DNA of 64,000 nucleotides from Candidatus Poribacteria bacterium (GCA_965198235.1 OZ240248.1:4096001-4160000); one strand, 5' to 3'; counted from the stretch's first letter, positions 41,089 through 51,569 are shown. Program-made: numbers and translations. Notes: generated by a model not told the origin, from the letters alone.

Positions 41089-42057
41089 TTACTGCTTTTC
41101 AAGGAAGCGTTTCACTTCAGTCTTATGCGACGAGTCAGGGTAGTGCTCCAGCAGTTGCGCAAATGTGCGCAGTGCGGCAACTTCATCACCCCATTCCATA
41201 TACGCTTGCCCAAGCCGGTACAACTCATCCGCAATATAAGGGAACCCGCTCTGCAGGGCAGCATCAATTTGTGCCTCAAGTTGCGCAAATACCCGTCGTG
41301 CAGCGGTTTCATCACCCAGCTCCATATACGCTTGCCCAAGCCGGTACATGATATCATATCTAACATAATCTCGCACCTCAAGTTGCGCAAATACCCATCG
41401 TGCAGCGGCTTCATCACCCAGTGCCATATATGCTTTACCAAGTCCGTACATGATACCATCTCCAATATCATCAATATGCGTCTCAAGCTGCGCACATATC
41501 TGCCGTGCAGCGGCTTCATCACCCAGTGCTAAATACACTTTTCCAAGCGCATACAATTCACCCGTAGGGTAATGCCCCTTGTGCTGCTGCAGGAAGATCT
41601 CAATTGCTTCCTCGTATTTGGCACGTGCCTCCTCATATCGTGCTTGCTTGAACAGGATGTATCCCCAAAGGTAGAGGATATCTGCCTGATCTGACTCGAG
41701 TATCGCGGTTTGGTAACTCTCTTTGACCGCATCTTCGGCTTTGATATAGAGGGAAACATCGGCTTCCATTTCCGCCAATTTGGCATAGCAAAAAGCGATA
41801 CGGTATTTGAACAGCGCAAGGTAGCTGACATCAATAACCCTTCTGTGGCGAGGGCGAATTTTAAAAGCTTGCTCATACTTCTTAACCGCCGCCCTGTATT
41901 TCCCATCATAACGTAGGTCTTCCGCCTCACTGTGCAGATCGACGTACAGATTCTGCAACGTGTTAGGAGTAGAGGAAAAAAGACACCCACACCCGAGCAG
42001 CCCCAGCGTGAGAACGCCTACAACGCTTCTACTGAATACTTTTATCAGAACATTCAT
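41089..42057 (-). CDS. TPR lipoprotein with recent internal repeat expansion
   Basis: Lipobox LLGC; four YxLGxAYMxLGDExAAxxxFAQL units; SD GGAGG. Confidence 0.8.
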   Translation of the reverse strand: MNVLIKVFSRSVVGVLTLGLLGCGCLFSSTPNTLQNLYVDLHSEAEDLRYDGKYRAAVKKYEQAFKIRPRHRRVIDVSYLALFKYRIAFCYAKLAEMEADVSLYIKAEDAVKESYQTAILESDQADILYLWGYILFKQARYEEARAKYEEAIEIFLQQHKGHYPTGELYALGKVYLALGDEAAARQICAQLETHIDDIGDGIMYGLGKAYMALGDEAAARWVFAQLEVRDYVRYDIMYRLGQAYMELGDETAARRVFAQLEAQIDAALQSGFPYIADELYRLGQAYMEWGDEVAALRTFAQLLEHYPDSSHKTEVKRFLEKQ

Positions 42058-42176
42058 AGGAACCTCCGACTTGCGCTCCACTTGATAACGGGGTAGGGGT
42101 TGGAACCCTCCGCAATGCCATTTTATTGAAGGTGCTGATTCTATTCCTGTTTGCCAATCATTTCCGAGAAAGTACT

Positions 42177-42770
42177 TTAATCAAGACTCAGATGAGATAG
42201 CGTCTGATAGAAGATATCGTCCCCCATATAGGGGACCCCCAAGCGATATTCCAGCCGGTCAGGGACTCTTGTCCCATTCAAACGAATAATAAATCTCAGA
42301 GGTGCTGTTCGTCTCGGATAATACGCGGTATCCACCCAGAGAATATAAAGTTCTTCGGGCTCGAGAGGTAACGCCTTTACTTTCTCTTCATAGCCGGATG
42401 GCACTTCCCCGTACGTCAGACAAAATACAGGAGGTGCCAACAGCCACTGAAAGAGTCCGATAAAGAAATTATCAGCATCACGGTATTTTAATTGCAGTTC
42501 CCAAACCGTTTGCCCATTGTTCTGTACCGCGTCTAACTCCCATCGGTTTTTCTCTTCAGAGGAACGGCTCACTTTCTTAACTGTAATACGTCCAATGTGC
42601 AATCGTTCTTGAAAATATGGATCCTTATACATACAGAATGTCGGTTTCATCAATGCCGACCGCGAATCGATGGCGATATACCCAGGGAGAGGCGTACATC
42701 CAGCCGCAAAGACGCAGCTGATGAGAGTGCCAATGAGTGCAATAATGGCAATACCAATTCTATCTTTCAT
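42177..42770 (-). CDS. Hypothetical lipoprotein
   Basis: MKDRIGIAIIALIG...AAGC; start overlaps the upstream stop. Confidence 0.7.
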   Translation of the reverse strand: MKDRIGIAIIALIGTLISCVFAAGCTPLPGYIAIDSRSALMKPTFCMYKDPYFQERLHIGRITVKKVSRSSEEKNRWELDAVQNNGQTVWELQLKYRDADNFFIGLFQWLLAPPVFCLTYGEVPSGYEEKVKALPLEPEELYILWVDTAYYPRRTAPLRFIIRLNGTRVPDRLEYRLGVPYMGDDIFYQTLSHLSLD

Positions 42771-43345
42771 TATGTTGCCTCCGGCGGGATCCATTTTTTC
42801 GCTTCAGCCGATTTTACTAAATCTCGCAAGGTAAGTGCCGTTTCATCAGAACCTTTTCGTTTTTCTCTGTTAAACACCAAATCATATAACAAAACATACA
42901 TTTCTAATGGGTTAAACCCCTCTGTACCGAAATATTCCGTGTGGTCAATCTCATTCCTATTTTGGATCTCGAATTCTTCACAAAACGCCTCAAGAAGTTC
43001 ATAACCATCGTCACCGGCTATCCCTAAGTCGTCTGCTAAGAGCGTGTCTGAAGTGAGTTCTTCCTCCGACATCAGCCACTGTTCTGCTACGAAAGCCTTG
43101 ACGCGAGCGTAAAGTTCGGGATTTATTTCTTCTTGAGGCTTTTCCGCCGTCAGGGAACTCCGACAGCGTGAACACCTAATAGCCTTTCTTCTTATCGCCT
43201 TTGCACAGTTGGGGCATTTCGGTGACGAGAAGAGTCTGTAGACAACCCCAATCACCACATAAAAAACAGCAAGAATAAAAGAAATGCCGTAAACCAGAAC
43301 GACCGCGCCAAAAAGGAAAAGAATAAAAGACTTAAGAGATTCCAT
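42770..43345 (-). CDS. TM + zinc ribbon + DUF1493 (acyl-carrier-like) protein
   Basis: CPNC...CSRC; LADDLGIAGDDGYELLEAF, YFGTEG, LTLRDLVKSA...W. Confidence 0.7.
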   Translation of the reverse strand: MESLKSFILFLFGAVVLVYGISFILAVFYVVIGVVYRLFSSPKCPNCAKAIRRKAIRCSRCRSSLTAEKPQEEINPELYARVKAFVAEQWLMSEEELTSDTLLADDLGIAGDDGYELLEAFCEEFEIQNRNEIDHTEYFGTEGFNPLEMYVLLYDLVFNREKRKGSDETALTLRDLVKSAEAKKWIPPEAT

Positions 43346-43576
43346 CTATGTCCCGCTCAGTTCTTGACGCTCCTATAGAACAACGTGAGTTCGACCTATT
43401 GCTGCTAATGCAGATAAAAAAAATAAATTGGTAATCAACTGGCAATAAATTCCCTTACTACAAACGGGTTAGCTCGTAGTAGTGTTATTTATTGCACGTT
43501 CAGAAATTAACCAATTAAATTCTCAAACTTCATAACAGAACAAGTTATGCGTATTGGGTATTGGGTCTCCCTTTGT

Positions 43577-44038
43577 TCAATCAAGTCCACTGATATTCCC
43601 AAGACTATCTCTCGTGTAAACAACTCCGTTACCTTCATAGAAATCTAATGCCACACCCCCGGTTCCATTTGAGGAAAAAATCATTATGGATCCACCGTCC
43701 TCCTCCATTGTGACCTGAGCACCACCTTCCCCTTCTACATCGGTAACGCGTAAATACCCTCCATGTTTGCCAACCCCAAGACCCGCCTTACCGATTGGAC
43801 TGTAAGTTGTTACCCTTCCACCATCTTCATCCCAAGTAATTATAACTTGATGCTCATTATCGTCATTCATCACTCTTATACCTTTAAGAACAACCAAATC
43901 CCTGACGGTCAGTCTATCAATCGTCTCAGATCCAGATTGTGCTTCGGTATCCTTGTTCATATTCCCTAATACAAATCCGGTTAGAGCTATTAAAGCACCC
44001 AAAGCCATATATTTCAACTTTTCACGTAATCTAAACAT
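43577..44038 (-). CDS. Hypothetical exported protein
   Basis: Basic N-terminus and hydrophobic helix, Gly-rich beta repeats; SD AGGAG. Confidence 0.75.
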   Translation of the reverse strand: MFRLREKLKYMALGALIALTGFVLGNMNKDTEAQSGSETIDRLTVRDLVVLKGIRVMNDDNEHQVIITWDEDGGRVTTYSPIGKAGLGVGKHGGYLRVTDVEGEGGAQVTMEEDGGSIMIFSSNGTGGVALDFYEGNGVVYTRDSLGNISGLD

Positions 44039-44070
44039 TATAGATTCTCCTTTTTATTTCTCGTTCCAAT

Positions 44071-44321
44071 TTATGAGAAGGAGGCGGTCGACTTATGAGA
44101 AGGAGGCGGTCGACCGATACATTCGGGATTATGAGAGCGTCAAAGTCGTTCGCACCGCAACCGCGGATATTGACAAAATCTCGCAGATTACCCGACTTTC
44201 TAAACGCGTTATCTCTCAATATCTCGACCTGATCCCGCAGCACCACCTCCAAGCTATGGATGCAAACCTCGCCAATTCATCTTCAAACGATGAAGCAACG
44301 CACCCAGGAGAACCCCAATGA
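44071..44321 (+). pseudogene. C-terminal remnant of a DUF1670-like protein
   Basis: EAVDRYIRDY..V...ISQITRLSKRVISQYLDL; begins at a 22-bp tandem duplication. Confidence 0.5.
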
Positions 44322-44549
44322 GACCCTAACCGCCTGTTCCTGACGAACTTTACTTCGCAAAACCGGGGCAGTTGCCTTGAAAATACCGTTGACGGTCCGC
44401 TACCGGTTTTGCTATACTTTAGACACGTTTATCCCTAAGCGCATCATTTCTCAAAGATGATGCTAACTCACCCAACTCAACTCGCTCATCAGCGATGACT
44501 GGGAAGCTAATAAACATCAGCATCCCAGCTATCCTATGGTCATTTGATA

Positions 44550-47500
44550 CTATTTCAAGATGACCATTTTTCGCAGATACGATAAACCATCGGCTTGGAA
44601 TTGATAGAAATAGACACCACTGGCAACGCGTTCACCGGCAGCGTTTCTGCCATTCCAATAGGCGGCACGGCTTCGGCTCGTGTAATAGCCTTCGCGTTGA
44701 TGTCCGAGATCCAAACGCCGGACGACACCGCCGCGTGTATCATAGATGGTAATCCGCACATCACTGGGATTTGCCAAGTGATAGGGTATCCACGTCTCCG
44801 GATTGAACGGGTTCGGATAGTTCGCAAGTAACGTTGTTTCCTCTGGAATAAGCGATGCTAATAGGCGTTGAAGGTTAGCGATGCCTTGTTGGAAAGCGAT
44901 AGAACCGTCATCTTCAAGTTGGGCACGTTCTATCCACCGCTGTATCACCGCAGGATCCAACCCGTGTATATCGTCCACAGCGAGCATCGAAGGGGCAGCT
45001 GAGCCGTTTGATTCACCCATGTGTTGTGACACAAGGATGAGATCCAGGACATTGATAACCCCATCACCATTTATGTCAACTTCCGAATTGGCGGGCACAG
45101 TTTTCCCGAAGTGTCGAGCAACAAGAACCATATCCAGAATGCTCACCTGACCATCCCGGTTCACATCCCCGGTAGTATGTTCCCCCTCTACAGTAATGAC
45201 GACCTCATGTGGTCCTGCAACGATGGGCTTACCGGTGATAGAAGCGAGTTGAAAGTTATCGAGTCTCAATTGCGTTTGTCCAGATGCTTTCGCTGTAAAT
45301 GTTACTGATAACAGCGTGCCTGTGCCACTGACCCCGTCTTCGCTGAGCCGCGCTGCACTCAGACCTCCAATCTTACCCAACCGATTATCAATAGTCCCTC
45401 GCTGAAAGAATGTTGCTCCGCCTCCTGTTTTCAGAAAATCGCCTTCGTTGACTTCAACTGCTTCAATCACAGTACGGTCATAAGCAATATCAAATTGCCA
45501 CCCCGCTAAATTGTAGATATCTTCTGCCTTAATTTCAAGCGTAAACGTATCGCCGGCATCGATGATAGGTTGGGAAAAAGCGTATCCGACACGCGGATTT
45601 AACACGGTATACTCTGCCTCAGGGTTAAACCCCCAAAAACCGTTACCATACGTTCCTGTTGCAACTAACAGGACATTTGCTCCCTCTTTGAGCGTAACAG
45701 GAAAGAAATGTTGGTAATCCGACCCGGTTGTACCCCCTTTCTCATGAACCAAAGCACCGTTGAGCCACGCTTTACCACCGCCGTCATTCCCAACAAACAG
45801 CGTTACCTCTTGTTGACGGGGTGCATACAGAACAACACATCCATAAATAATGCCGTCCGGAATCGGACGCGTTTTTATCACATCCGCGACGGTATTCCGC
45901 CCTATAGGTGCTATCTTGTCAGAATACCAGACGTTATTGCCAACAGGATTCCCTTCGATCGCGCCATGGGTTGAAACCTTTAATTCTGTCACCGCGCCAC
46001 CACTCGCTTCTGCAAGGTAATCTATGCGACCTTCAGGATTAAAATTTATCCCTGGCAGTAGCACCCATAACCAGGGACCCTCTATTTTAGGACCCCCCTG
46101 AGGGAAACCCGGATTTTGGTGCCAGATGATTTTTACATCCTCGCGTAATCCATCTAAAGGCGAAAAGTCAGATATCATATTTTCCCCAACGTGCAACCAT
46201 GTCAACTGCTTTAATTGGGCAAGGGGAGATACGTCCGATATTTTGTTTATTGAAAGTTCTAACCATTTCAGGTTGGTTAGTTTCGCTAAGGGCGATATAT
46301 CCGATATACCATTGCCTACAAGACCTAAACGCGTTAACTCCGTCAATTTCGCTATAGATGAGACATCTGATTCCCCGGAAAAGTTTAAATACAGTTCTTT
46401 CAAATTTCTTGTCCCCTCCAAGGTTGATATATCAGGCTCTCCACCACAAATATCTATAACTTCGAGCCCTACGAGTGGCGACAGGTCGGACAAAGGGTTG
46501 CCCCAAGAATCAAACCTGTCCAGGTTGGGCAATCTCGCCAGAGGTGAGAGATCTGATATGTTGTTATGACTCACCTTTACAAGTCTAAGATTTTTTAATC
46601 CCGTCAGAGGCGATAAGTCACTTATTTCATTGGCACTGATATCTAAAAGATCCAGTTTCGTTAATCCCTCTATGGGGGATAAGTCAGATATTTGGTTCCC
46701 CTGAATTTTTAACCATTCCAAATTTGTTGCAAACTCAAGTCCCGTCAAATCGCTGATGCCCCTTTCTTCAGGAAAAATCCGCGACAATGTCGCCATCTCT
46801 TCCACTGTGATTAGGGCGTTTGGTGTTTTTCCGAGATTTTCTTCAATGACCGCACGCAAATTCGGGTCAGGGATGTAGACAGATGCTCCAGGGATACGTT
46901 CCGTCTGCTGGTCAACGGAAATAGCCACATCAGGGAAATCCAACGCGAACACGATTTCACTAAACTTCGATGTCCATGTATCTCTTTTCATCGTGCCAGT
47001 TTCTAAGACTAACACCCCTAAACTTTTCAAATTCGCGGAGGCACGAATCTTTTTGAGAAACGCCTCGGTCTCCAACCCAACGGCGGCAGCGGCATACGCC
47101 GCATCAACGGGTCTTTGAAACGCCTCGTGGAATCGCTGGACGGGTTCAATACCCCCGAATACATCGCCCGCTGCTTCAAGTGCCTGACGGTAACGCTCCG
47201 TATCCTCAGCCAGGCGTTCATCCATCGTCGCTTTCTCTACATAGAGACTCAACACTCGTTCTTTGTTAAATGGTGGATTCGGGTTCCTCTGAACAACGCC
47301 ACGCACCTGATCTTCAAAGTCTTTCATTCCCTCGGTGTGGCAACCGATACAGGAGAGTCCGTTACGGACGGTTGGATCACTCGCAGCGGGATTGCGAACA
47401 ATCTTTATCGGGGCTGCGTCCAGCCGTCTGCCGCCGGCATCCGCCAGATAGTACGCTTGCAAACCGTTGGGAAGGTTGAATATGATCTCGCCACCGTCGT

Positions 47501-48575
47501 GTGTGAAAGAGAGTGGATTCGTAAAGATGTTCTGTGTGCCGACACTCCCCGCAAAGTCGTAACTTTTCCAATACGCGCCATACCGAGAGGTGTGGCGTTC
47601 CACGACGCGGTTGTGATTCGATACACCTGAATCGCTGAAACCCGCACGCCAGACGCGCTTTCCTGCTGCGTTCCGAAGATTTTCAACAACATTTACCTCA
47701 AGCCGTTCCTCTAATTCTCGATCGGTATCTGGAAGATTCAGAATATCGTGATAGAGTGGTGGCAAAGATGCGGTCGCAAGAAACCAATCCACATGGATAA
47801 ATGGCACCTCGCACTCCACTTCTTCACGCAGGTTCGCTATTTTTTCACGGAGTGCTGTCTGTGTTGGGGCATTGAACTCAATACTATACGGATACACCTG
47901 TTCAATCTGTGTCCATCGGTTGGGTTCGATCTCCCATTCATAGTCTCGGAGATCAATATAGAAGATTGTTGCCTCTGGGTCGATGGGCTGCGGTTTGATA
48001 ACCTCGCGCCCCCAAGAGAGACTGTTCACGAGTTTCGAGAGCGCTCGCTGATAGGCGTGGAGCGCCTCTGCACTCTCACCGGCGTTATAGAGATGCGTCA
48101 TCGTAAAATAACGGGTGAAAGGACGGTCGAATGGTGACAGCGACTCGACGTGCTTCTCAATGGTGTCGAGCATTTCCTTAGATGTAATGAAGGCTCCATC
48201 TGCTTCAGAGGTGTCTTCCCAATCCGGCGCGCCTGCTTGAATCCAATTACCGATGGTTAGAATTGCGGTGGGAGGAAGTTGGGGTTGACCCAACGGCATC
48301 CGTTTTGCCGGATCGTTTTCGAGGAGTCGCCGATAGAGTTCAGACTCAATAGCGGGTTTCCCCGGGACAACTGCGCCCGTTTCGATGAGTGCCGTATGCT
48401 CAATAATGATCTCCTCAGTAAACGCCCCATGTTCTCCGTGGCAGTTGAGGCAACTTTGCTCAAAAATAGCATACGCCTGCTGTCCGAGGTTCTGTTGGGC
48501 ATCAACACTGTGAAAGTTGCCCAGAATGAGGGTCAACAGGGAAGCAAATGTGATAAAAATTTTCCAGTTCTTCAT
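44550..48575 (-). CDS. Secreted multidomain protein: two CxxCH heme-c sites, LRRs, cohesin, dockerin and FlgD-Ig-like C-terminus
   Basis: CLNCH, CIGCH, ISDLSPL repeats, NLAGWQFDIAYD...GTGTLLSVTF, GDVNRDGQVSILD, NYPNPFNPETWIPY. Confidence 0.9.
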   Translation of the reverse strand: MKNWKIFITFASLLTLILGNFHSVDAQQNLGQQAYAIFEQSCLNCHGEHGAFTEEIIIEHTALIETGAVVPGKPAIESELYRRLLENDPAKRMPLGQPQLPPTAILTIGNWIQAGAPDWEDTSEADGAFITSKEMLDTIEKHVESLSPFDRPFTRYFTMTHLYNAGESAEALHAYQRALSKLVNSLSWGREVIKPQPIDPEATIFYIDLRDYEWEIEPNRWTQIEQVYPYSIEFNAPTQTALREKIANLREEVECEVPFIHVDWFLATASLPPLYHDILNLPDTDRELEERLEVNVVENLRNAAGKRVWRAGFSDSGVSNHNRVVERHTSRYGAYWKSYDFAGSVGTQNIFTNPLSFTHDGGEIIFNLPNGLQAYYLADAGGRRLDAAPIKIVRNPAASDPTVRNGLSCIGCHTEGMKDFEDQVRGVVQRNPNPPFNKERVLSLYVEKATMDERLAEDTERYRQALEAAGDVFGGIEPVQRFHEAFQRPVDAAYAAAAVGLETEAFLKKIRASANLKSLGVLVLETGTMKRDTWTSKFSEIVFALDFPDVAISVDQQTERIPGASVYIPDPNLRAVIEENLGKTPNALITVEEMATLSRIFPEERGISDLTGLEFATNLEWLKIQGNQISDLSPIEGLTKLDLLDISANEISDLSPLTGLKNLRLVKVSHNNISDLSPLARLPNLDRFDSWGNPLSDLSPLVGLEVIDICGGEPDISTLEGTRNLKELYLNFSGESDVSSIAKLTELTRLGLVGNGISDISPLAKLTNLKWLELSINKISDVSPLAQLKQLTWLHVGENMISDFSPLDGLREDVKIIWHQNPGFPQGGPKIEGPWLWVLLPGINFNPEGRIDYLAEASGGAVTELKVSTHGAIEGNPVGNNVWYSDKIAPIGRNTVADVIKTRPIPDGIIYGCVVLYAPRQQEVTLFVGNDGGGKAWLNGALVHEKGGTTGSDYQHFFPVTLKEGANVLLVATGTYGNGFWGFNPEAEYTVLNPRVGYAFSQPIIDAGDTFTLEIKAEDIYNLAGWQFDIAYDRTVIEAVEVNEGDFLKTGGGATFFQRGTIDNRLGKIGGLSAARLSEDGVSGTGTLLSVTFTAKASGQTQLRLDNFQLASITGKPIVAGPHEVVITVEGEHTTGDVNRDGQVSILDMVLVARHFGKTVPANSEVDINGDGVINVLDLILVSQHMGESNGSAAPSMLAVDDIHGLDPAVIQRWIERAQLEDDGSIAFQQGIANLQRLLASLIPEETTLLANYPNPFNPETWIPYHLANPSDVRITIYDTRGGVVRRLDLGHQREGYYTSRSRAAYWNGRNAAGERVASGVYFYQFQADGLSYLRKMVILK

Positions 48576-48661
48576 GTATTTTTCCTCCTTGCCCTAAGGC
48601 TTTGATTGGCAAGTTGTAGTGAGTAATAGTAAAATATGGGTTCAATAAGGTTCGCATGACT

Positions 48662-48730
48662 TTAGTCTTCTCCGAGGGCGTTAGCGACGATAACGAGATC
48701 CAGCACATTCACAACACCATCACCGTTCAC
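48662..48730 (-). pseudogene. Orphan dockerin/EF-hand coding fragment VNGDGVVNVLDLVIVANALGED*
   Basis: Direct translation; matches the dockerin motif in 44550-48575. Confidence 0.75.
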
Positions 48731-48740
48731 AGGCAGAGAT

Positions 48741-48874
48741 AAACTATAGTAGATTTTACAATTAACGAGACACTGTAGATGTATGCTTGGCGAGGTTAGG
48801 AAACCTCGCTAGCGGGGTGAAGGGTTTTCGCTTTTATTGAAGTGTCTGCTTGTTTTTAGAATTCACTATAGTTT
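48741..48874. mobile_element. MITE-like insertion
   Basis: Terminal inverted repeats AAACTATAGT / ACTATAGTTT; internal GGCGAGGTTAGGAAACCTCGC hairpin also found at ~31321, 40132 and 52180. Confidence 0.65.
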
Positions 48875-48875
48875 T

Positions 48876-51569
48876 CTATTTCAGATAAATCTCGCCGTCT
48901 AAATCAGAGAGGGTGTGTTGAACGCCGATGATACCACTTGCGACACCGGATACTTCCTCTGGTAAATGGATCTTCTGTGCTTTTCCGCTGCGATTGTAGA
49001 CCGCCCAACCGTTGGTGAATTCCCGAATGAACACGCCTTCGCAATTTCGATACAACTGCGATTTCTCACCGACGGGTTGACCGAGGTCGGCATCCCAGAA
49101 TGGATACCAATAGTGTTGGTGATTGTGATGATGCGATTTACCTTCTATATGGTCTATCTCATGTCCGGGCGAAATCTCGTATTCATGCTCATGGATTATG
49201 CCCGATATTCCGATGACGTAGCAAACGTAGCCATCAGAATGTGTCAAGCCCAGAGTCGTAATAACACGCATCATTTGCTGGTTCCGGGGAGAATCCGGCG
49301 GCTCAATCGGAATCCCTCGACCTTCAAGCGCATTTATTTGCGGTTCACGAAAGTTCTGCTCCGACCATAACAATGTGTTTTCAATCTCTCGGAGTTCGTC
49401 ATGAGTATACCCCGTATCACGTTCGTCCGGAATAATTTCCATGAACGTCCCATTAACGTAGGATGCAGAAAGCCGAGCTTTACTCCGTCCGGCATTGACA
49501 ACAATCAGAAAATCGTCATCAACTGCCTCACGAATACGACGCACCATAGATATTCTCGCCGACCACTCGGCTTCAACATCTCGATAATAGCCCCCTTTGT
49601 CATCTTCAAGCGTAGCCGTGTCTTCCTGCCACCTTCCCAAGTAGATACCGTCGTAGAGACCGCATTTCGCTACGGCGAGAGCTTTCTGAACGAGGATGTC
49701 TTGGACGACAGGGTGTGTGAAATCTATCAGGAAGGTTGAACCCCCAGCGTAAGCTGGAACTCGATCGCCGTTCTCATCTCTTATCCAATACGGCCAATCT
49801 TCTCTTATCCGATACGGCCACTCTTCAGGATAATCTTTAAGATCGACATCGGTGTAGCCAAGACTCACAAGTCTTATAAAGTTGGGATTTTGTGAAAGAA
49901 GATACTCTCTTGTCCCATCAGCATCGTCTACTCTACCAAAGAGTCGCAGCCCTTCAGATGTAGGCTGCCATTGTAGGTGAAACCCGGGTCCACTCCGAAA
50001 TAGATCGTGATATATGAGTCTCTCATCAGCAGATAAGTTTGGTAAGTTGAGAATAGAGTGACCCGCCCATGCGGTAAAGATCGAAGGGTAATCTCTATCT
50101 TTGATACGAGGTTCCACTGCAATCCTCGATATATCATCATCACAGACCCGAAAATTGCCATGCTTGTGTAACACCTCTAAGTGAGTCAACCCATCAATGG
50201 GCGAAAAATCCCTAATATCATTATTCTCTATCAACAAATTTTTGAGATTGACTAACCCTGCGAGCGGTGAAATATCTTCAATTTGGTTCCTCCAAATGTG
50301 TAAAGTCTCTAAACGCGTGAGTGTTACGAGTGGACGTAGGTCTGAAATCTGGTTGCCTCCCAAATCAATAAAAACAAGTCCCGTTAGCCCAGACAAAGGA
50401 GATATATCGTGAATCTTGTTCTCTATCAGAACAAGTGCCTGCAAATCAGTCGCATGCTCTAAACCTGTAAGATCGACAATCCCTTTGTCTCGCACATCAA
50501 GGGCTGTTAAGTGTTGAAGATCCACTGGTGTCAATAGGTGGTGTGCTGGAAGATCAAGCGTTTCTCGGACAGCCTGTCGGAGCGCGGAGTCCGGCATCCA
50601 CTGTGCCTCAGAAAGTCTGAGTGAATCTTTTGAGGCATTGGGTGTTAAATTCCTCTCGGAATCGTGTAAGCCGGCACTGTTGCTTTTACTGATGGTGGTA
50701 GTTTGTCCAATCTGATTTCGCACGGATGGTTTTGCGTCAGTCTCGAGGACGATAGGTGCGTCAATAATTTCAACGGTAGGTGCGGATTCAGCCTCAAAAC
50801 TATAGGGTCTCTGAAAATGTGCAAGGTATTGGTTGCTAACACCAAGCATCAATAGGGTTACTAAAACCACAGCGGCACCAAAAGCCACCCATGGCAACAA
50901 CGGTTCCATTTTCGGAGAGGGTGTTGGTTTCATGTCAACAACTTCCCGCATAATGTTCTGCTTTATACTCGCCGATATCTGCACGCCACCGAGAACTTCT
51001 TGGATCAAGAGTTCTTCTGCTTCTCGTAACCGTTTTCGGGCACGATGCAGCCGAGTCCTTATCGTCTCCGCTGACACCCCCAAGAATTTGCTAATTTCCT
51101 TCGTTGTCATTTCGCCGAGATAATAGAGCGTCATCACTGTACGTTCACTCTCCGGCAATTTTTCCAAAAGTTTTTTGACGATTTCAAAACGATGTTCGGT
51201 TGCTTCTGTCTCGCGCCGTTCCAATACGTAACGTGCATAAGCAGATTTCGCCACTTCTTCCACAGGTGTGTCCTCCAACGATTGCAATTGCATCGCAGGT
51301 TTTTGTTTGCGTAGCCAATTCAGACAAAGCCGATTCGCAATGACGTACAGCCACCCAAGAAACTGGCTCGGATTTCTCAGCGTTGAAAGGTTTTGATAGG
51401 CGCGGAGGAAGGTATCTTGTGTAATTTCTTCTGCGTAGTGGAAATCACCGATTTTCCGCCACACAAGGGCGTGAACGCTTTTTTGGTATTTTTCAACTAA
51501 AGTGTTGAATGCCGCGTCATCGCCTGACAAAACGGCATGAATCAACTGAACATCGTCTTCTCTTTTCAC
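48876..51569 (-). CDS. ECF sigma factor fused to TM helix, LRRs and a putative glycoside-hydrolase-like domain
   Basis: GDDAAFNTLVEKY, AEEITQDTF, WLYVIANR, LPESERTV...TIRTRLHRAR; TM at about aa 222-243; ISDLRPL repeats; IDFTHP...YDGIYL. Confidence 0.85.
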   Translation of the reverse strand: MKREDDVQLIHAVLSGDDAAFNTLVEKYQKSVHALVWRKIGDFHYAEEITQDTFLRAYQNLSTLRNPSQFLGWLYVIANRLCLNWLRKQKPAMQLQSLEDTPVEEVAKSAYARYVLERRETEATEHRFEIVKKLLEKLPESERTVMTLYYLGEMTTKEISKFLGVSAETIRTRLHRARKRLREAEELLIQEVLGGVQISASIKQNIMREVVDMKPTPSPKMEPLLPWVAFGAAVVLVTLLMLGVSNQYLAHFQRPYSFEAESAPTVEIIDAPIVLETDAKPSVRNQIGQTTTISKSNSAGLHDSERNLTPNASKDSLRLSEAQWMPDSALRQAVRETLDLPAHHLLTPVDLQHLTALDVRDKGIVDLTGLEHATDLQALVLIENKIHDISPLSGLTGLVFIDLGGNQISDLRPLVTLTRLETLHIWRNQIEDISPLAGLVNLKNLLIENNDIRDFSPIDGLTHLEVLHKHGNFRVCDDDISRIAVEPRIKDRDYPSIFTAWAGHSILNLPNLSADERLIYHDLFRSGPGFHLQWQPTSEGLRLFGRVDDADGTREYLLSQNPNFIRLVSLGYTDVDLKDYPEEWPYRIREDWPYWIRDENGDRVPAYAGGSTFLIDFTHPVVQDILVQKALAVAKCGLYDGIYLGRWQEDTATLEDDKGGYYRDVEAEWSARISMVRRIREAVDDDFLIVVNAGRSKARLSASYVNGTFMEIIPDERDTGYTHDELREIENTLLWSEQNFREPQINALEGRGIPIEPPDSPRNQQMMRVITTLGLTHSDGYVCYVIGISGIIHEHEYEISPGHEIDHIEGKSHHHNHQHYWYPFWDADLGQPVGEKSQLYRNCEGVFIREFTNGWAVYNRSGKAQKIHLPEEVSGVASGIIGVQHTLSDLDGEIYLK

